The notes under the pieces were generated by a model. It was not told where the DNA came from and made no database searches. It saw only the letters and a list, made by a program, of their open reading frames with translations. This document shows, in pieces, positions 62,596-64,000 of a stretch of DNA of 64,000 bases; positions within the stretch are counted from its first letter, which is position 1, and each line of letters begins with the position of its first letter. Made by a program: the position numbers and the translations under genes. Source of the DNA: an uncultured Planctomycetia bacterium (lineage in GTDB: Bacteria > Omnitrophota > Gorgyraeia > JABMRN01 > RBG-13-46-9); contig CAZYPU010000001.1 in the NCBI GenBank assembly GCA_964649665.1, forward strand, positions 16,428 to 80,427, given 5' to 3'.

Positions 62596-63963
62596 ATGGA
62601 CCAAAAAGAGGCGCTTCAATATCTGGATTCGTTCGTAAACTACGAGAAAATCGGCTACAGGGAACAGGGCTTATTTGAGCTCGGAAGGATGCGCCGCCTG
62701 GCCGGGCTTTTCGGCGATCCGCAGGATTCTTTTCCCGTAATTCACATCGCGGGCACAAAGGGCAAGGGCTCTATAGCGGCCTTTACCTCGAGCATGCTTA
62801 AATCCGCGAACTTCAAAACGGGCCTTTATACGTCACCGCATCTTATTGACTTTCGAGAAAGGGTGAAATTCAATGACGAGATGATACCGGAGGCGGATTT
62901 TGCTTTTCACGCGAACATGATAAAGGATAAGCTCGAAGTAGAGAATTTAGGGTTTTCACCGACATTTTTTGAGATTTTCACGATTCTCGCCTTTAATTAC
63001 TTCAAGGCGAAAAAAATAGACATAGGGGTAATAGAAGCGGGCCTTGGCGGGCGATTGGACGCGACGAATATCGTAAACCCGGCAGTTTCCGTCATATCCC
63101 CCATAAGCTACGACCACACAGAGGTCCTGGGCGAAAGCCTGGAGAAAATAGCCGCGGAGAAAAGCGATATTATAAAAAAAGGGTGCGTCTGCATCAGCGC
63201 GCCGCAGGACGAAAAGGTTTTAGAAATAATACGGGAGAAATGCGATTCGCTCGGTGTTAAACTTATCCAGGCGGGGAGGGATATAGGCGTTGGGGAAATC
63301 TCTTACACCGACGACAAAGAGGTATTCGACATTCGGGGCACGTTCGGAGAATATAAAGCTTGCGAAAGCCGCCTTATAGGCAGGCATCAGCTCATGAACG
63401 CCGCCTCGGCCGTCGCTGCAATCGAAAGCTTGTCAGCCGACGCAGCTGATTGGGGTCGGCTAACATCAGCCGACCCCAATCAGCTGCGTCGGCTGACAAA
63501 GGGTCGGCTGACGCGCAACATAAAGAAAGGGCTGGAGAAAACACGGAATCCGGCAAGGTGCGAGGTAATAGCAAGGAACCCTTATATCATCTTCGACGGC
63601 GCACAGAATAGGGCGAGCGCGAACGCCCTAAAAGAAACGATTAAAAGAAATTTTAACCATAAACGGCTTATTTTAATATTGGGTATTTCGAAGGAAAAGG
63701 ACATAAAAGGCGTATGCGAAGAACTTGCGCCCCTGGCCGATCATGTTATTTTAACAAAGGCGATGATAGAACGCGCTGAAGAGCCGCGCTCTATCGCGCG
63801 CTTTGTAGCGGGAAAAAACGTGATTTTAACAAATTCCGTAAGCGAAGCGATGGAAAAAGCGCGTTCTTTGGCGGGAGAGGGCGACATGATATTGATTGCG
63901 GGATCTTTTTATGTGGCGGGTGAGGCATGGAAGACACAATCGTTGCTATATCAACACCGGTAG
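62596..63963 (+). CDS. folC: Folylpolyglutamate synthase / dihydrofolate synthase (FolC), carrying a ~23-codon in-frame palindromic insertion
   Basis: Mur-ligase P-loop HIAGTKGKGS, YTSPHL, the RLDATN-region motif, HQ..NAA.A.AA, ..DGAQNRASANAL.. The true start is the ATG at 62596. Confidence 0.85.
   Translation: MDQKEALQYLDSFVNYEKIGYREQGLFELGRMRRLAGLFGDPQDSFPVIHIAGTKGKGSIAAFTSSMLKSANFKTGLYTSPHLIDFRERVKFNDEMIPEADFAFHANMIKDKLEVENLGFSPTFFEIFTILAFNYFKAKKIDIGVIEAGLGGRLDATNIVNPAVSVISPISYDHTEVLGESLEKIAAEKSDIIKKGCVCISAPQDEKVLEIIREKCDSLGVKLIQAGRDIGVGEISYTDDKEVFDIRGTFGEYKACESRLIGRHQLMNAASAVAAIESLSADAADWGRLTSADPNQLRRLTKGRLTRNIKKGLEKTRNPARCEVIARNPYIIFDGAQNRASANALKETIKRNFNHKRLILILGISKEKDIKGVCEELAPLADHVILTKAMIERAEEPRSIARFVAGKNVILTNSVSEAMEKARSLAGEGDMILIAGSFYVAGEAWKTQSLLYQHR
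63431..63498. repeat. Perfect 68 bp palindrome (31 bp arms TGTCAGCCGACGCAGCTGATTGGGGTCGGCT, 6 bp loop AACATC) inside the folC coding sequence
   Basis: Read directly. arm2 is the exact reverse complement of arm1. It encodes SLSADAADWGRLTSADPNQLRRLTK between two conserved FolC blocks. A partial repeat, GTCGGCTGAC, recurs at 63503-63512. Confidence 0.85.
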
Positions 63964-64000
63964 GCGAGGGCGGAATCGGCATAGTCCGTTTAAGCGGTAG
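63927..64000 (+). CDS. mnmE: tRNA modification GTPase MnmE (TrmE), N-terminal fragment running off the window end
   Basis: MEDTIVAISTPVGEGGIGIVRLSG matches the MnmE N-terminus (..IAAIATPPGRGGIGIVRISG). It overlaps the folC 3' end in a different frame. Confidence 0.6.
   Translation, partial: MEDTIVAISTPVGEGGIGIVRLSG

Overview
This 64 kb window is a gene-dense bacterial chromosomal segment in which every gene but one (dus) lies on the + strand. The lineage appears uncultured; the giant genes suggest an Omnitrophota- or CPR-like organism, but that is inference only. Ordinary housekeeping genes are present: an MFS transporter, an aromatic amino acid permease, YjbQ, a nitroreductase, a lysophospholipase/acyl-CoA ligase lipid module, Dus, an HI0933-like flavoprotein, Maf, a RibD-type reductase, a PEBP protein, endonuclease III, the AmmeMemoRadiSam radical SAM enzyme, a CaCA exchanger, MgtC, HAD beta-phosphoglucomutase with a GH65 phosphorylase, a CBS protein, class II B12-dependent ribonucleotide reductase NrdJ with a candidate NrdR box, YchF, FolC and the start of MnmE. 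Three features make it stand out. (1) Three giant multi-domain ORFs: 1646 aa (probably 5'-truncated by the window edge), 4284 aa and 3897 aa. The latter two are tandem and share a conserved upstream motif and a homologous N-terminal leader. They carry mosaic domains: GT2, GNAT, tandem RidA, roughly 13 novel ~80-aa repeats, a Hanks-kinase-like domain with a substituted catalytic Asp, an M50-like HExxH motif, three Fis-type HTH repeats, a sigma-70 region-4-like HTH, an RNA polymerase alpha-CTD-like domain and two SAM methyltransferase domains. There are near-identical intragenic nucleotide duplications and recurring AAAEPPAP linkers. (2) A family of intergenic MITE-like palindromic elements with TIR CTCCGTCATTGCGAGG (at least six copies). 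Copies at the 3' ends of giant genes share conserved flanks but have opposite internal orientation. One copy is associated with a duplicated promoter plus 5' fragment of the MFS gene. (3) A perfect 68 bp palindrome inserted in-frame inside folC. Several genes appear to be leaderless or nearly so.
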